DNA from: Macrostomum lignano
Lineage: Eukaryota
NCBI GenBank assembly: GCA_002269645.1
Contig: NIVC01001092.1
Location: 62,001 to 126,000 of the forward strand
DNA length: 64,000 nucleotides
Direction: 5' to 3'
Shown in pieces: positions 27,369 through 40,600 of the stretch. Both the position numbers and the translations under genes were made by a program. The notes beneath the pieces were generated by a model, which worked only from the letters and a program-made list of their open reading frames with translations, made no database searches and was not told the origin of the DNA. Position 1 is the first letter of the stretch; each line of letters begins with the position of its first letter.

Positions 27369-29511
27369 ATTCGTTTGTTACTTTGTCTTGTAATGAATGT
27401 ACTTAGTACAAGGCTACCAAAAGTTTATTTAGTTTTGAGCCAATTTTACGCTGCGATTATGATCTTTAAAATACTTTGAAGCGATGCACGATCTGCTTAG
27501 ATACAAAAAATATAACTAAATGCAAAAATATGTATAAAAACTTGTTTAATTCTTGTTTTTATTGACCGTATATACTGAAGTAGAAGTGATATTTATAAAG
27601 CTGTTAATTATTGTATGTTTTTTTGTTAAACTCTTTTAAAACTATCTAAAGAACCCGTAAATTTAATATTTTTTGACAGTAAACTTCTACTATTTTAATC
27701 TACTCATTAATAAATTCTCAGTTAGATGGCGAACATACATATTTTAAGAAATATGTCATGTATAACGTATAATAGTCTTTTGGTTTCAAACCATTTGGCT
27801 ATGAAGTCTTCGATTTATGAAATTTCCGATTTCCAGAGAAAATATTTTGGAAGAGAGATGGAATCAGAGTCGCAATTTTGCAAAGCAATTTGTTTGATTG
27901 TTTGCCTCAGGAGTCCAAAAACTTAAACTTAAAAATTCTTCTAACTAACTCATACTGAAAAAATTACACTACAAGTAGCATTACATGTAGATAATTAATT
28001 TTAATAACAAATTCGAAATTCAGAAAAATAAGAATAAAAGAAATTTTCGGTAAAGCAGAAAATATCAGGTTTCATGCTTATGCTTTAAAAGCGAAGCCAG
28101 CAGTCTAACAAAATTAAGAGTTACGAGCACTTAAGACTTTCCAGAAAGTCTGCTTAGATTCGGTATACTTGTAAGGCAAGTCATGGATTATGATCGACAG
28201 GCTTACAGGCGTCATCTTAGTGAAAATGGCGTCATCATAGCAATTAGTCTTTATTATATTTCAGTCTAAAAGCACTGCAATTGATTTAGTAAAACCCTTC
28301 AAAACCCCTTAGCCTTTTTCCCAACGGATGAGCAAAGTGCATTAATTTCGTATTATATTGTAAAAAAGAAATTCAGCGCCTCGAAAGATTCAACTTGGAA
28401 AAAGTAAAGTTTACATGAGCAGAGAAAGCGCGCACGATCTTTCGAGAAATTCCGATTAATACGAGCTATCCCGCCCAAGTGCGCCAAAATTCTGATCGAT
28501 GACAGAACTATCTAAACAACTGGACTGCACGCAACCAAAAAATAAAACGTAAATCCAACGCTTAACGCAATGTACGGACAATCCACCTGCCCTATGGTGC
28601 GGAGCTTGCGTCTGCAATCATATCATTATATATCTATAGTCCTCGACGTCTGCGCGGTCCTTGTAGCGTTGGAACCAGCAGGATGTCCCCGCAAAGTGGA
28701 CAGTATAGACTCAGAGCAAGTGCATATTACATATATTACATATTACACTAATCACATATACTGTATAGAGTCCAAATCGATCGATACGATCGTATCATGT
28801 CATCAAATACCTAGATATGATCCTACATACGCTTTAGTAAAACGTACTCATATTTTGAAACTGAGTTCAAAATGGCATCCTGGCTAGGTCCAAATTCAAA
28901 GTAAATACCGGAGATTCCCAGCTGGAAACTGTGGAAAAGTTCAAAATCAATTAAAAAAGCAACATCTCTACCCCATCCTGTACACTGCTGAGCCTCTGAC
29001 ATCCAGAAGTTGCAGAAGCAGAAGTCAGCAAGCTCCATGCTTATAAAATTCCAAAATTCCAAAATTAAAGTTGATCTGTTATCATGACGCACGCAATCAC
29101 TCAAAAATAAAATGTCGGGTTTTAAAGCTATACAACTAAACCATAGAATTCCGAAATGTACTCGTATATCTCAGCCATGGGCAAGTTTCGATTTGGGAAA
29201 CATGCAATCACCGTAAGATGCAATGAAATCGTTTAATTCTTACAATTTAAAGCTTGTAAGAGAATCCAGCTGTAAAAATACTCGCTTATCATATAGGCTA
29301 CATGACCCCAAAAAGGGTTTGTACTAGCCTCAGACTATTACATCAAAACTGGCTTAATTAGTCAAGCTTTACATGTACATGTATGTATGTCATTCAAAGA
29401 ATTTAGAAAGTGCACAGTACAAATGAAAATGGAAGTTTTTGCTGTACTGCTCAGAAGCTGCACTAGATTAACAGAACCGGGTTAAATGCGGAACCAAAGT
29501 GTCAGATTGGT

Positions 29512-30245
29512 GAAAAAAACAACAATAGCAATAATAACAAAAAATAACAATAACAGCAGCAGCAGCAGCAACAACAACAACAACAACAACAGCAACAACA
29601 ACGACAGCAACACCAAACAAGAACAACAGCAAAAGCAACAACACTAACAAGACCAACAATAACAACAACCCGCTAACGGCAACACTAACAACAACAACGA
29701 CAGCAACACAACAACACCAACAACAAAAACAACAACAATAAAAACAACAACAACCACAACAACAACCACAACAGCAATAAAAATAACAGCAGCAGCAGCA
29801 GCAACAAAAACAAAAACAACAACAATAAAAACAACAACAACCACAACCACAACAACAACCACAACCACAACAACAACCACAACAACAACAGCAACAACAA
29901 CGACAGCAACACAACAACACCAACAAAAAAAAACAACAACAACCACAACCACAACAACAACCACAACAGCAATAAAAATAACAGCAGCAGCAGCAGCAAC
30001 AACAAAAAACAACAACAATAAAAAACAACAACAACCACAACAGCAATAAAAATAACAGCAGCAGCAGCAGCAACAACAACAACAACAACAATAAAAACAA
30101 CAACAACCACAACCACAACAACGACAGCAACAACAACGACAGCAACACAACAACACCAACAATAAAAACAACAACAACCACAACCACAACCACAACAACA
30201 ACAACAACCACAACAACAATAACAATAACAACAGCAATAACAGAC
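29512..30245. repeat. Compound trinucleotide microsatellite (CAA/CAC/CAG)n, contiguous with an RTE 3' end
   Basis: Directly visible. It abuts the retroelement terminus at about 30240. Confidence 0.95.
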
Positions 30246-30560
30246 ACAGCCCAGCAAGGTCAAGCGGTCAGGGTGCATCAAATGTCGCACCGCCGAGCGA
30301 GCCCGCGAACGAAGTCCACCCGGGCAGTGTCGGGCGCTAGTGTTCAGCAGGACGTCCTGCAGAAGCTGGGGGCAGCAGCTCTCGGCCCACATCACGCGGA
30401 CAGGCTTTGCACGGGCCCTCTGGTACAGGGCCTCGGTCCCGACGCTCTCGTCAGCTCGAAAGGCCTCGCGGAGCTGCCCCCGAATGCTCCGAGTCCAACT
30501 GTCGCTCCAGTTGATTCATGGACCCCAGCTTCAGGCATCGGCGGAACAGGGGGGGGGTGC
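30240..30560 (-). mobile_element. 5'-truncated RTE-like element 3' end
   Basis: CAGACACAGCCCAGCAAGGTCAAGCGGTCAGGGTGCATCA is nearly identical to 17222-17261. The peptide ..WAESCCPQLLQDVLL resembles the 17.3-kb copy. Confidence 0.65.
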
Positions 30561-31384
30561 AGCTGCTCCTTCTCAAGAGGTAAAGGAGGTCACCCGCCCC
30601 TAGTGAAAGTGAGGATCATGTGTCATGATCATGCATGGGCGAGACAGATCAGAGTTAGTTACGAGAGTAAGTCGACACTGCAACAGTGATGATGCAGTCC
30701 TCCTGTGCTCAGCGGTGCGTGCAGCGTCTGGGCCGGCAAAAAAATTATAGTCATGTTTTTATCTATGCCGATTAATTAAGCAGATCTAAGCTTGATTTAG
30801 GGCTCAACTGCGCTGCCAATGAAGCGCTGCTCAGGATTTCAAAAGGCCCCGCCAGCCATTTAGGCGTCCGTCAGTCAGGCCGTGCCGCTTTCACTTTGCA
30901 GAAAAAAAGGCTGTCCTATAGCTGTGCGTATGCCGGCCTGTGTTCCCTCATCATCATCATATCATCCCCATGCGCTGGAAATCTTCTTCTTCTGGCTGGA
31001 GCCGCAAAGACGGGGCTTCTAGGGCTCCCAGCTTCCTTCATCATCTTCACCCGATTCCTTCAAGGCTTTACAGTTTTTTCTCAACAAAGAGACTTTTTTC
31101 TTGCTCTCCCCATTCCTTGGCGGCCGCTTTTTCTCGGGTTTGCTCTGCTTGGATTCAGCCAAGCCAAAAAATGCCTTAATTATGCGCTTTGGCGGCGATA
31201 AGCCACTCAAATCCAAGCCTCGCAACTCCGCGGGTGCGTCTGTGAAGTTTTTCCGCCAAGCTCAGCTACCCTTTCTCCGCTGTCTGGCCATCCCCGCGGC
31301 CGCTCCCCTTCCGCGGGGTGGAGGAGAGGATGTGTCGAGACACAACTGCTCAAACTCCCGCGCTCCGTTGTCCCGCCGCGGCGG

Positions 31385-31430
31385 TCCCAAAGCGCCAATC
31401 TCATTGGCTGAGACCGCCAGCCAATCGGAG
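31385..31430 (+). promoter_or_regulatory. Cluster of three CCAAT boxes about 200 bp upstream of the zinc-finger gene ATG
   Basis: GCGCCAATCTCATTGGCTGAGACCGCCAGCCAATCG lies within a GC-rich patch. Confidence 0.45.
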
Positions 31431-31607
31431 CCGCTCGCACTGAACGGAGATTCTGGCTGGCGCCCCCCCATCGAGTTGCGAGTCCCGCGTCCCAGTTTTT
31501 AATGGGGGGGGTGACCGCCACACTGGGCTGGCTTCTCCGCTCGTCCCAACCATCTGCAGAGAGACCCCAACAAGCTGCTGTCTGACTCCCCAGTTCAAGC
31601 ACTCAGG

Positions 31608-34600
31608 ATGGCCTTCAACGCAGCCACAGAGGGCCGGGCCATGCCTGGCTCAGCCTACCCGCCTGCGGGCCCGCCGCCGCCTCCGTCGCCGTCTCAGCGG
31701 CAGTCGCACTTGCACGGCGGTCAGCTGCACCCGCCACATCCGTCGGCATCGAATCTTCATCATCCGGTGTCCCAGGTGCACCCGCCACCGCCGCCGCCGC
31801 CGGCTGCATTTTTCTGGCCGCTGAGCTACCCGGCGGCTTATCACCATCCAGCCGCACCGGACCTGGAGAATTTCTACCGTTTCGGCTATCCGAGCGCCCT
31901 GCAGATGGGCGGCAGCAGCGGCGGCGGCGGCAGCGACGCCAGGAAGTCGGCCGAGATGCCAATCGACGCTTCTTCTGCATCGGCTGGCGGCTTCTCCGGA
32001 TTTGGCAGCCACTCCAGCAATTCGCACCTGCAGCACCCGCACCTGCAGCAGCAGCACCATCAACAGCACCAGCACCAGCAGCATCATCATCAGCAGCAGC
32101 AGCAGATTTCTAGCCCGCAGAAGGCCATCATCAGCGGTGGACAAAATTGCAACAGCGAAGATGCCGGCGACACCTGCGTCGGAGACGACGGCGACTGCGA
32201 CGGCGATGCTGACTGCAACATTGGCGACGACTGCGGCACCAGCAGCGGGGGCGTCGGTGGTGGCGACAGCGGCGGCGGAGTCGATGGACCGCCGTTTCGC
32301 GGCTTCAAGTGTAAAATCTGTCATCAGGTGAGACTTGCCGCTGGGGGTTGCAGGTGGCAGTTCGCCCAAACCCATTCTTCTCTTGGTTCCTGGCGAGTTC
32401 GAAGAAATTTCATTATAACAAATGATTGCCAATTTTTCATGATTACTTGAATTTGGCAAGAGGCAGGAGGCGTACGATGGAGGAAATTTAAGGTGACTGC
32501 AGCTCTTAGGAGCGCCTATATTTGGTCTCTTGGTAGGCGCCCCCTGTCACTTGGTTGGCGCCACTGTCTCTTGGTTAGTGCCCCTGTCTCCTGGTGGGCG
32601 CTCCTGTCTCTTGTTTGGAGCCCCTGTCTCCTGGTTAGCGCACCACCCTTGTCTCTCGGTGGGCGCTCCTGTCTCTTGGTTGGCGCCCCTGTCTCTTGGT
32701 TGGCGCCCCTGTCTCTTGGTTGGCGCCCCTGTCTCTTGGTTGGCGCCCCTGTCTCTTGGTTGGCGCCCCTGTCTCTTGGTTGGCGCCCCTGTCTCTTGGT
32801 TGGCGCTCCTGTCTCTTGGTTGGCGCCCCTGTCTCTTGGTTGGCGCCCCTGTCTCTTGGTTGGCGCCCCTGTCTCTTGGTTGGCGCCCCTGTCTCTTGGT
32901 TGGCGCCCCTGTCTCTTGGTTGGCGCCCCTTAGCCCTCTTTTCAAGGCCGTTGGATGCGAAATCCGTTCCAGAGGGGGGCAAAACTTGAGCTCAAGTTTG
33001 GTTGCATCTTTATGTAGTTTTTCCCCAGAGTAATAAATTTCGGCAAAAATCTCCCTCTAGCAGTTTCAGGGTCGCTTCATAAGTCTGTGGAAATTTTGCT
33101 TTACCAAAGAATTGAAATATTTGTTCAAGTTTCATGTTTCTCTGACTCTCCTCCGGACCCCCGAAGGAGGAATGGCTGACGGTCGCTCCTTCCTACACAA
33201 GTTCCACAAGTTCCACGAGTATCTCTCAGTTATCCCCACACAGCTTTCACAAGCAGACGCAGCCATTCACATCCACAATGGAAGCGCAATGCATGAGAGA
33301 CTGAGTCTGGGAAGAGGCAGACACAATGAGAGACAGCGGTATAGGCAATGAGATTTCAGTTGTTTGCAGCCGGTTATTTCATGCAGCACGGCTGACGGAA
33401 GCCCTGATTGACAGGATTGTCAGCGTGTCGGTTGCGCAGATCGGCAGCAACAGTCATTCATGCGGCCGTGCCTGGGGCCTCTATAGCGTTCGACTCATTT
33501 TCCTGACTGCAACCGAAACTGCCTAGATGCCCCCTCCCATATTGATTCTTTCATTCAACTTATCGATGCAAAGCATTCACGCTGCAGTGCATGCAGCAGA
33601 TTATTGGCTAGTGGCAGGTATAGTTGGTAGCTAGTTAATCTGTACATGTATTGTTGTAACTCGCTCTAGAGTGAGTCTGCGCAGGTTTTTTTCTCTTCAG
33701 CTTTATTGCAATGTATAGCAACTCGTTCAGACGTACGTGCCTCATAGTTAACTGGGTGCCTATCTTAAGGATATATTTTTTAGGATTCTAAGCAAGCAAA
33801 ACATTTTAATGTTAGATTTGTTTAGATTTGAGGATGGATTAATAAGTTTGAGCAGTTTAAATTCTCCATATTTTTTCTGTGTTGGGATAAGGAAGTATTG
33901 GGGACTGGGGAAGTATTGGGGATTAAGGAAGTATTGGGGATTGGGGAAGTATTGGGGATTGGGGAAGTATTGGGGATTGGGGAAGTATTGGGGATTGGGG
34001 AAGTATTGGGGATTGGGGAAGTATTGGGGATTGGGGAAGTATTGGGGATTGAGGAAGTATTGGGGACTGGGGAAGTATTGGGGATTAGGGAAGTATTGGG
34101 GACTGGGGAAGTATTGGGGATTGGGGAAGTATTGGCAATTGGGGAAGTATTTGGGATTGGGGAAGTATTGGGGACTGGGGATTGGGGAAGTATTGGGGAC
34201 TGGGGAAGTATTGGGGATTGGGGAAGTATTGGGGATTGGGGAAGTATTGGGGATTGGGGAAGTATTGGGGATTGGGGAAGTATTGGGGATTGGGGAAGTA
34301 TTGGGGACTGGGGAAGTATTGGGGATTGGGGAAGTATTGGGGATTGGGGAAGTATTGGGGATTGGGGAAGTATTGGGGACTGGGGATTGGGGAAGTATTG
34401 GGGACTGGGGAAGTATTGGGGATTGGGGAAGTATTGGGGATTGGGGAAGTATTGGGGATTGGGGAAGTATTGGGGATTGGGGAAGTATTGGGGATTGGGG
34501 AAGTATTGGGGACTGGGGAAGTATTGGGGATTGGGGAAGTATTGGGGATTGGGGAAGTATTGGGGATTGGGAAGTATTGGGGACTGGGGAAGTATTGGGG

Positions 34601-37600
34601 ACTGGGGAAGTATTTGGGATTGGGGAAGTATTGGGGATTGGGGAAGTATTGGGGATTGGGGAAGTATTGGGGATTGGGGAAGTATTGGGGATTGGGAAGT
34701 ATTGGGGACTGGGGAAGTATTGGGGACTGGGGAAGTATTTGGGATTGGGGAAGTATTTGGGATTGGGGAAGTATTTGGGATTGGGGAAGTATTGGGGATT
34801 GGGGAAGTATTGGGGATTGGGGAAGTATTGGCAATTGGGGAAGTATTTGGGATTGTGGATGTATTGGGGATTCGGGAAGCATTGGGATCGAAAAAGTATT
34901 GAAATTATGGAATTTTTCTGTTTGACAAAGTTTGAAAGAACTTTTTTCTTTGTTTTTAATTTGTAAACTTAACTTCTATCATTAGGCAGCTACAATCAGA
35001 ATGAGCACCGGCTTGTTCAGCTTAAAAGCTACAAACAAGCAGCTCTGCGACTTCATGAGAAGCATTTCCCGAGCTTATATGGGTCGATATAGGACAGTGT
35101 CGGGGATTTTCCGAGCCTGTATTGAGGACAACTCCGTATGCTTCAGTGTGCGTGGAAGCTTCAAAACTTTTTGAGCCTCAGCCAATGCAGTGGGTCGCTC
35201 GTGGTCTGCCAGCTTGATTGACAGGGGCGCGTGCGCTTTGCAAAGGGCTCTAGGCTTGCTGGAGTTGGGGACCAGCTCATCATCATACAGACAGCATGGC
35301 TAGTGAGTGGACTTAATCGTAAATGAGGGGCTGACTAATTCTATTAGGAATTATAGGGGCTGGGAGAGCTGTAGCTTTCTGTTTCAATTATGGACTTGGG
35401 ATTTTGGACTTGGGATTTGGGACTTGGGATTTGGGACTTGGGATTTGGGACTTGGGATTTGGGACTTGGGATTTGGGACTTGGGATTTGGGACTTGGGAT
35501 TTGGGACTTGGGATTTGGGACTTGGGATTTGGGACTTGGGATTTGGGACTTGGGATTTGGGACTTGGGATTTGGGACTTGGGATTTGGGACTTGGGATTT
35601 GGGACTTGGGATTTGGGACTTGGGATTTGGGACTTGGGATTTGGGACTTGGGATTTGGGACTTGGGATTTGGGACTTGGGATTTGGGACTTGGGATTTGG
35701 GACTTGGGATTTGGGACTTGGGATTTGGGACTTGGGATTTGGGACTTGGGATTTGGGACTTGGGATTTGGGACTTGGGATTTGGGACTTGGGATTTGGGA
35801 CTTGGGATTTGGGACTTGGGATTTGGGACTTGGGATTTGGGACTTGGGATTTGGGACTTGGGATTTGGGACTTGGGATTTGGGACTTGGGATTTGGGACT
35901 TGGGATTTGGGACTTGGGATTTGGGACTTGGGATTTGGGACTTGGGATTTGAGACTTGGGATTTGGGACTTGGGATTTGGGACTTGGGACTTGGGACTTG
36001 GGATTTGGGACTTGGGATTTGGGACTTGGGATTTGGGACTTGGGATTTGGGACTTGGGATTTGGGACTTGGGATTTGGGACTTGGGATTTGGGACTTGGG
36101 ATTTGGGACTTGGGATTTGGGACTTGGGATTTGGGAATTGGGATTTGGGACTTGGGATTTGGGACTTGGGATTTGGGACTTGGGATTTGGGACTTGGGAT
36201 TTGGGACTTGGGATTTGAGACTTGGGATTTGGGACTTGGGATTTGGGACTTGGGATTTGGGACTTGGGACTTGGGACTTGGGATTTGGGACTTGGGATTT
36301 GGGACTTGGGATTTGGGACTTGGGATTGGGACTTGGGACTTGGGACTTGGGATTTGGGACTTGGGATTTGGGACTTGGGATTTGGGACTTGGGATTTGGG
36401 ACTTGGGATTTGGGACTTGCGATTTGAGATTATTTTGTTCGATTTTAAGCTAATTTCGAATCTATTTTTAGTTCATTTATTTAGGATGAGGGGCAAATAC
36501 TTTACAGTAAATCCTTTTCATTCACAATACGAGTAGTTAAGTGTTGACAAAAAGACAAAAAATAATTTAAAACTGAAATCAGGAACACAAGTTATCTTAC
36601 CTATAGATGAGTCAGAACTATCAATAACTTTCGTCTGTCATCAGAATCCTCACATCTCTTCATCTTTTTTTGCATCCCGAAGCCCCCAGCTCCCTAAAAT
36701 AGTGCGGCGCAGCTCAAAGGGAATCTGCAGCCTCCAGAGGCTGATTTTGCTGAATTGAAGAAATACGGAAACAGAAGCAGAAGTGAAGAGACGCGACCGG
36801 CCGCTTTGTTGCCATCCAGTGGAATAATCCGGCAATGAGCGGAGCTGAATAAGTGGCCATTGCTCAGCGTCTGTCCTTCATCTCTCTGTCTGAAAATTTC
36901 AAGTAGGCAGGCAGGCATAATAGGGGTACCGCACACAAGGACCTGCCACTCCATGCAGTGAGTCGTCTGCTTTTGGGATGGGTGGATGAGTCGTCTTTAA
37001 CAGCCGGCTCTGCAACAATTTGTAGCGAGACTGCGGCTGCAGCTCCCGCGGCTCTCATTAAAGCGGCCAAGCCGCTCGTGAGGATGGGTGATGAGGCGGA
37101 TTGCATCTCATGCGTAGATTTAGCTTAGCACTGCATTTTGGGTCAAAGGCAAACACTCAAATTTCTGCAAACACTCGCTGAACAAAATAAACAGATATCT
37201 GTGCTCTGAATGGGGAGCAGTTGAGGAGTGGGATGGCAGAGACAGACTGGGAGAAATTAAATATATCCCCTCTGCTTATTTATGATATTTATTTGCGATT
37301 TCGTTTGATGGGAGACCAAGTTGCTTCACCACCTATCTCTAATTATTGTTCCCTTTATTCTTTCACCGTTCTTTCAGCAGTTTCAATTGGAGGGGCCGCA
37401 ACCCTAAGGGATGACAATATTAGGTGTCTTGGTAAGGCGCCCCTGTCCTAGTCGGCGGCCCCTGTCTCTTGGTGGGCGCCCCTGTCTCTTGGTGGGCGCC
37501 CCTGTCTCTTGGTGGGCGCCCCTGTCTCTTGGTGGGCGCCCCTGTCTCTTGGTGGGCGCCCCTGTCTCTTGGTGGGCGCCCCTGTCTCTTGGTGGGCGCC

Positions 37601-40600
37601 CCTGTCTCTTGGTGGGCGCCCCTGTCTCTTGGTGGGCGCCCCTGTCTCTTGGTGGGCGCCCCTGTCTCTTGGTGGGCGCCCCTGTCTTTTGGTGGGCGCC
37701 CCTGTCTCTTGGTGGGCGCCCCTGTCTCTTGGTGGGCGCCCCTGTCTCTTGGTGGGCGTCCCTGTCTCTTGGTGGGCGCCCCTGTCTCTTGGTGGGCGCC
37801 CCTGTCTCTTGGTGGGCGCCCCTGTCTCTTGGTGGGCGCCCCTGTCTCTTGGTGGGCGCCCCTGTCTTTTGGTGGGCGCCCCTGTCTCTTGGTGGGCGCC
37901 CCTGTCTCTTGGTGGGCGCCCCTGTCTCTTGGTGGGCGCCCCTGTCTCTTGGTGGGCGCCCCTGTCTCTTGATTAGCGCCCCTGTCTCTTGGTTAGCGCC
38001 CCTGTCTCTTGGTGGGCGCCCCTGTCTTTTGGTGGGCGCCCCTGTCTCTTGATTAGCGCCCCTGTCTCTTGGTGGGCGCCCCTGTCTCTTGGTGGGCGCC
38101 CCTGTCTCTTGGTGGGCGCCCCTGTCTCTTGGTGGGCGCCCCTGTCTCTTGGTGGGCGCCCCTGTCTCTTGGTGGGCGCCCCTGTCTCTTGGTGGGCGCC
38201 CCTGTCTCTTGGTGGGCGCCCCTGTCTCTTGGTGGGCGCCCCTGTCTCTTGGTGGGCGCCCCTGTCTCTTGGTGGGCGCCCCTGTCTCTTGGTGGGCGCC
38301 CCTGTCTCTTAGTAGTCGTCCCTGTCTGTAGGTGGGTGGCCTCCGAGATTTTATACTTATAACTAATAGAATTTAGTTTCGTTTAACCCGACAATCAATT
38401 TTCTAAATTGGAATAAAAATTCTTAAAAATTTACGATCTCCCCGCCAAGACTGGCCTCACCCCACCCCTAAAAGACTTTGAACTGATGGTTATCAGTTAT
38501 TTGCCAAAGTTGTCCTGCTATCTATGGCAAAAGCTCTCAGCTATACTGCTCCCAACCCCAACCAAGATGTGACCAGTTGATCTGTCAAGCTTGTAAATCA
38601 CCAATCTAGAAAGCTCGTGAGCAAATCAATTGACCTGACAATGCCCCGAATCGAAGCTAAGGTCGATGACAGGCTTCATAGGATGACAGGGCAATGAATG
38701 GGTCCAGGATTCTTAGGGATATATATATATATATATATAATATTTTTTCTAAATCTTTTTTTCACAATGCAAGTTTAATAGTGTGTGTCTCGCAGATTTG
38801 AGAGAGACCAGCTCCCCCCCCCCATGAGGGCACTGTTGTTGAGCCCTGAGGCTATCAATCAGACCCCCCCCCCCTATAATATTATGGCTCTAAGGTATAA
38901 GGGTTGTGAGCTGGGATTTCGATTTGACAGCTTGTATAGAGAATTCACATACAGGACACCCCTCAATTCCCTCATATTTATATGCCTAGACAGGCTAAAA
39001 CCACTAAGCAACTATATACGAACTAAGCTGTATTCATAATGTTAATTATTTCTCCATCAAAGATTGTTCAAGGCGTTCGGAACAAATAACTGAAACACAA
39101 AATCTCTATGAAAAGAATTTAAGCTTTGGTTTACAGGTATTGATGGGGCATATTGTCATTTTGATGGAGAATAGGGGATGTTGGAGATGTAGGAGATGTA
39201 TAGGATTCTTTGTTGCAAATGTACTCCAACAAAGAATTTCTATAATATGACGGCCCCTGTTGCTTGGGTAACCATGGACATCGAACTCCTAAATCCATAT
39301 ACTAATGGATTAGAAACCCACCCGACTTCTATTTCTGAAAATCTGTGTTACACTACCTTAAGAGCTTAGTGGAAATAAATATGATATATTCCATATGGGG
39401 ACTTGTATTCCGAGCGTATGTCCTGTGTCAATCATAAAAAGCAATTGCCGCAGACCAGCAAGAAATCGTCCCGAAGTCTGTCTTCCTTCTCAGTGAGTCT
39501 CTCCGGCCGTCCCTTCAACAGTCTTCCCGTATTCGGGAGAACTTTTTTCTCCCACCACCACTCTTGGCAGCAGATCCTCCGGCTTCTCACGCGCTGGAGC
39601 CGCCTGCAACTCTTGACTGAGCCCCCCCATATAAAAACTGCATGTAGAGTTCATCTTTCTTTTTTCTCTGCGCGGAATCCCCCCCCCCCTGCTAGGCTAT
39701 GAGCTCCGCCCCGGTGTCATGGAACCCATGCGGAAGGGGTGCCCGATAGTAGCTTCATCAGGAGCCTCCCTCCCGCAGCGGGTCTCATTAGCGGCTCTGT
39801 GAGTTCCCTGCGCAGCAAGTGTTCAACTGTGAAACAGAGACTGCAGGGAAGGAACCGAGGAAGCTGGCAGTCGATAACAATTTCAGTCCCCGCGCTTCCT
39901 TGAGTTGCCTTTTTCTTCTGGTCTGAGGAACTTGAGTAAGGAAGCAGCGTGATGGCCGAGTCTATAAAAAAACCACTCGCATGACTTGGGGGTTGCTAAT
40001 TAAGTTCTGCAGGTTAGGAGCTGGGAGTTGGAGGGGCAAGTCAGGTTTTTTTATTGTTCGATACCTGCTTGAGGCCTAATTAAATGAATATTTCTTGCCG
40101 TTGCGGCGGAGCAGGGGAAAAAACTGATTTCTGCAGAGAATTCAAGTTGGGGAGAAGTTGCGGTCCGATGGGCTTGCGAGTCGACTTCCCCGAGGAGTCA
40201 GTTTTTTCAAATTTAACGGAATTTCTCAGAATTGGAATTACGCCCCCTTCATGAACAAAAAACTTGAATGTTGCGAGAGTGAGTCCTGAAACACCATAGA
40301 AAATAGATGCGAAATGAAAAAACAAAACTGTTTAAATTTTTGTTGTGTCAGCCGGATTCTGGTTTTAATCCTGCAGTGTATCCGGTCCCGGGAGCTTTGG
40401 ATTTACATTTTTGATGCGAATTAAAAATCTAGCTCAGCCGTTCTTTTATTTAATTAGACTCTAAATTTAGATCTGCCGTAGATCTACTATAGATACGAGT
40501 TAGATCTTACTTAAACTTGATTTGAATTTGTTTAAATAGACCCGGTTTATTTAGAGGCAAAGGGTTGCTGTGTGCACCCTGGCGCACTTTAAGCGACATT

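Noticed and set aside
29468-30395. Cys/Val/Leu-rich ORFs resembling metallothionein or membrane proteins
   Set aside because: They are translations of the trinucleotide microsatellite.
35000-35300. GC-balanced stretch with a short open frame on each strand, between two arrays in the ZNF intron
   Set aside because: There are no convincing splice sites and no recognisable homology.
33809-38362. Long repetitive ORFs (GLGKYW, WDLGLGI, LVGAPVSW)
   Set aside because: These are minisatellites inside the ZNF intron and are open in several frames at once.
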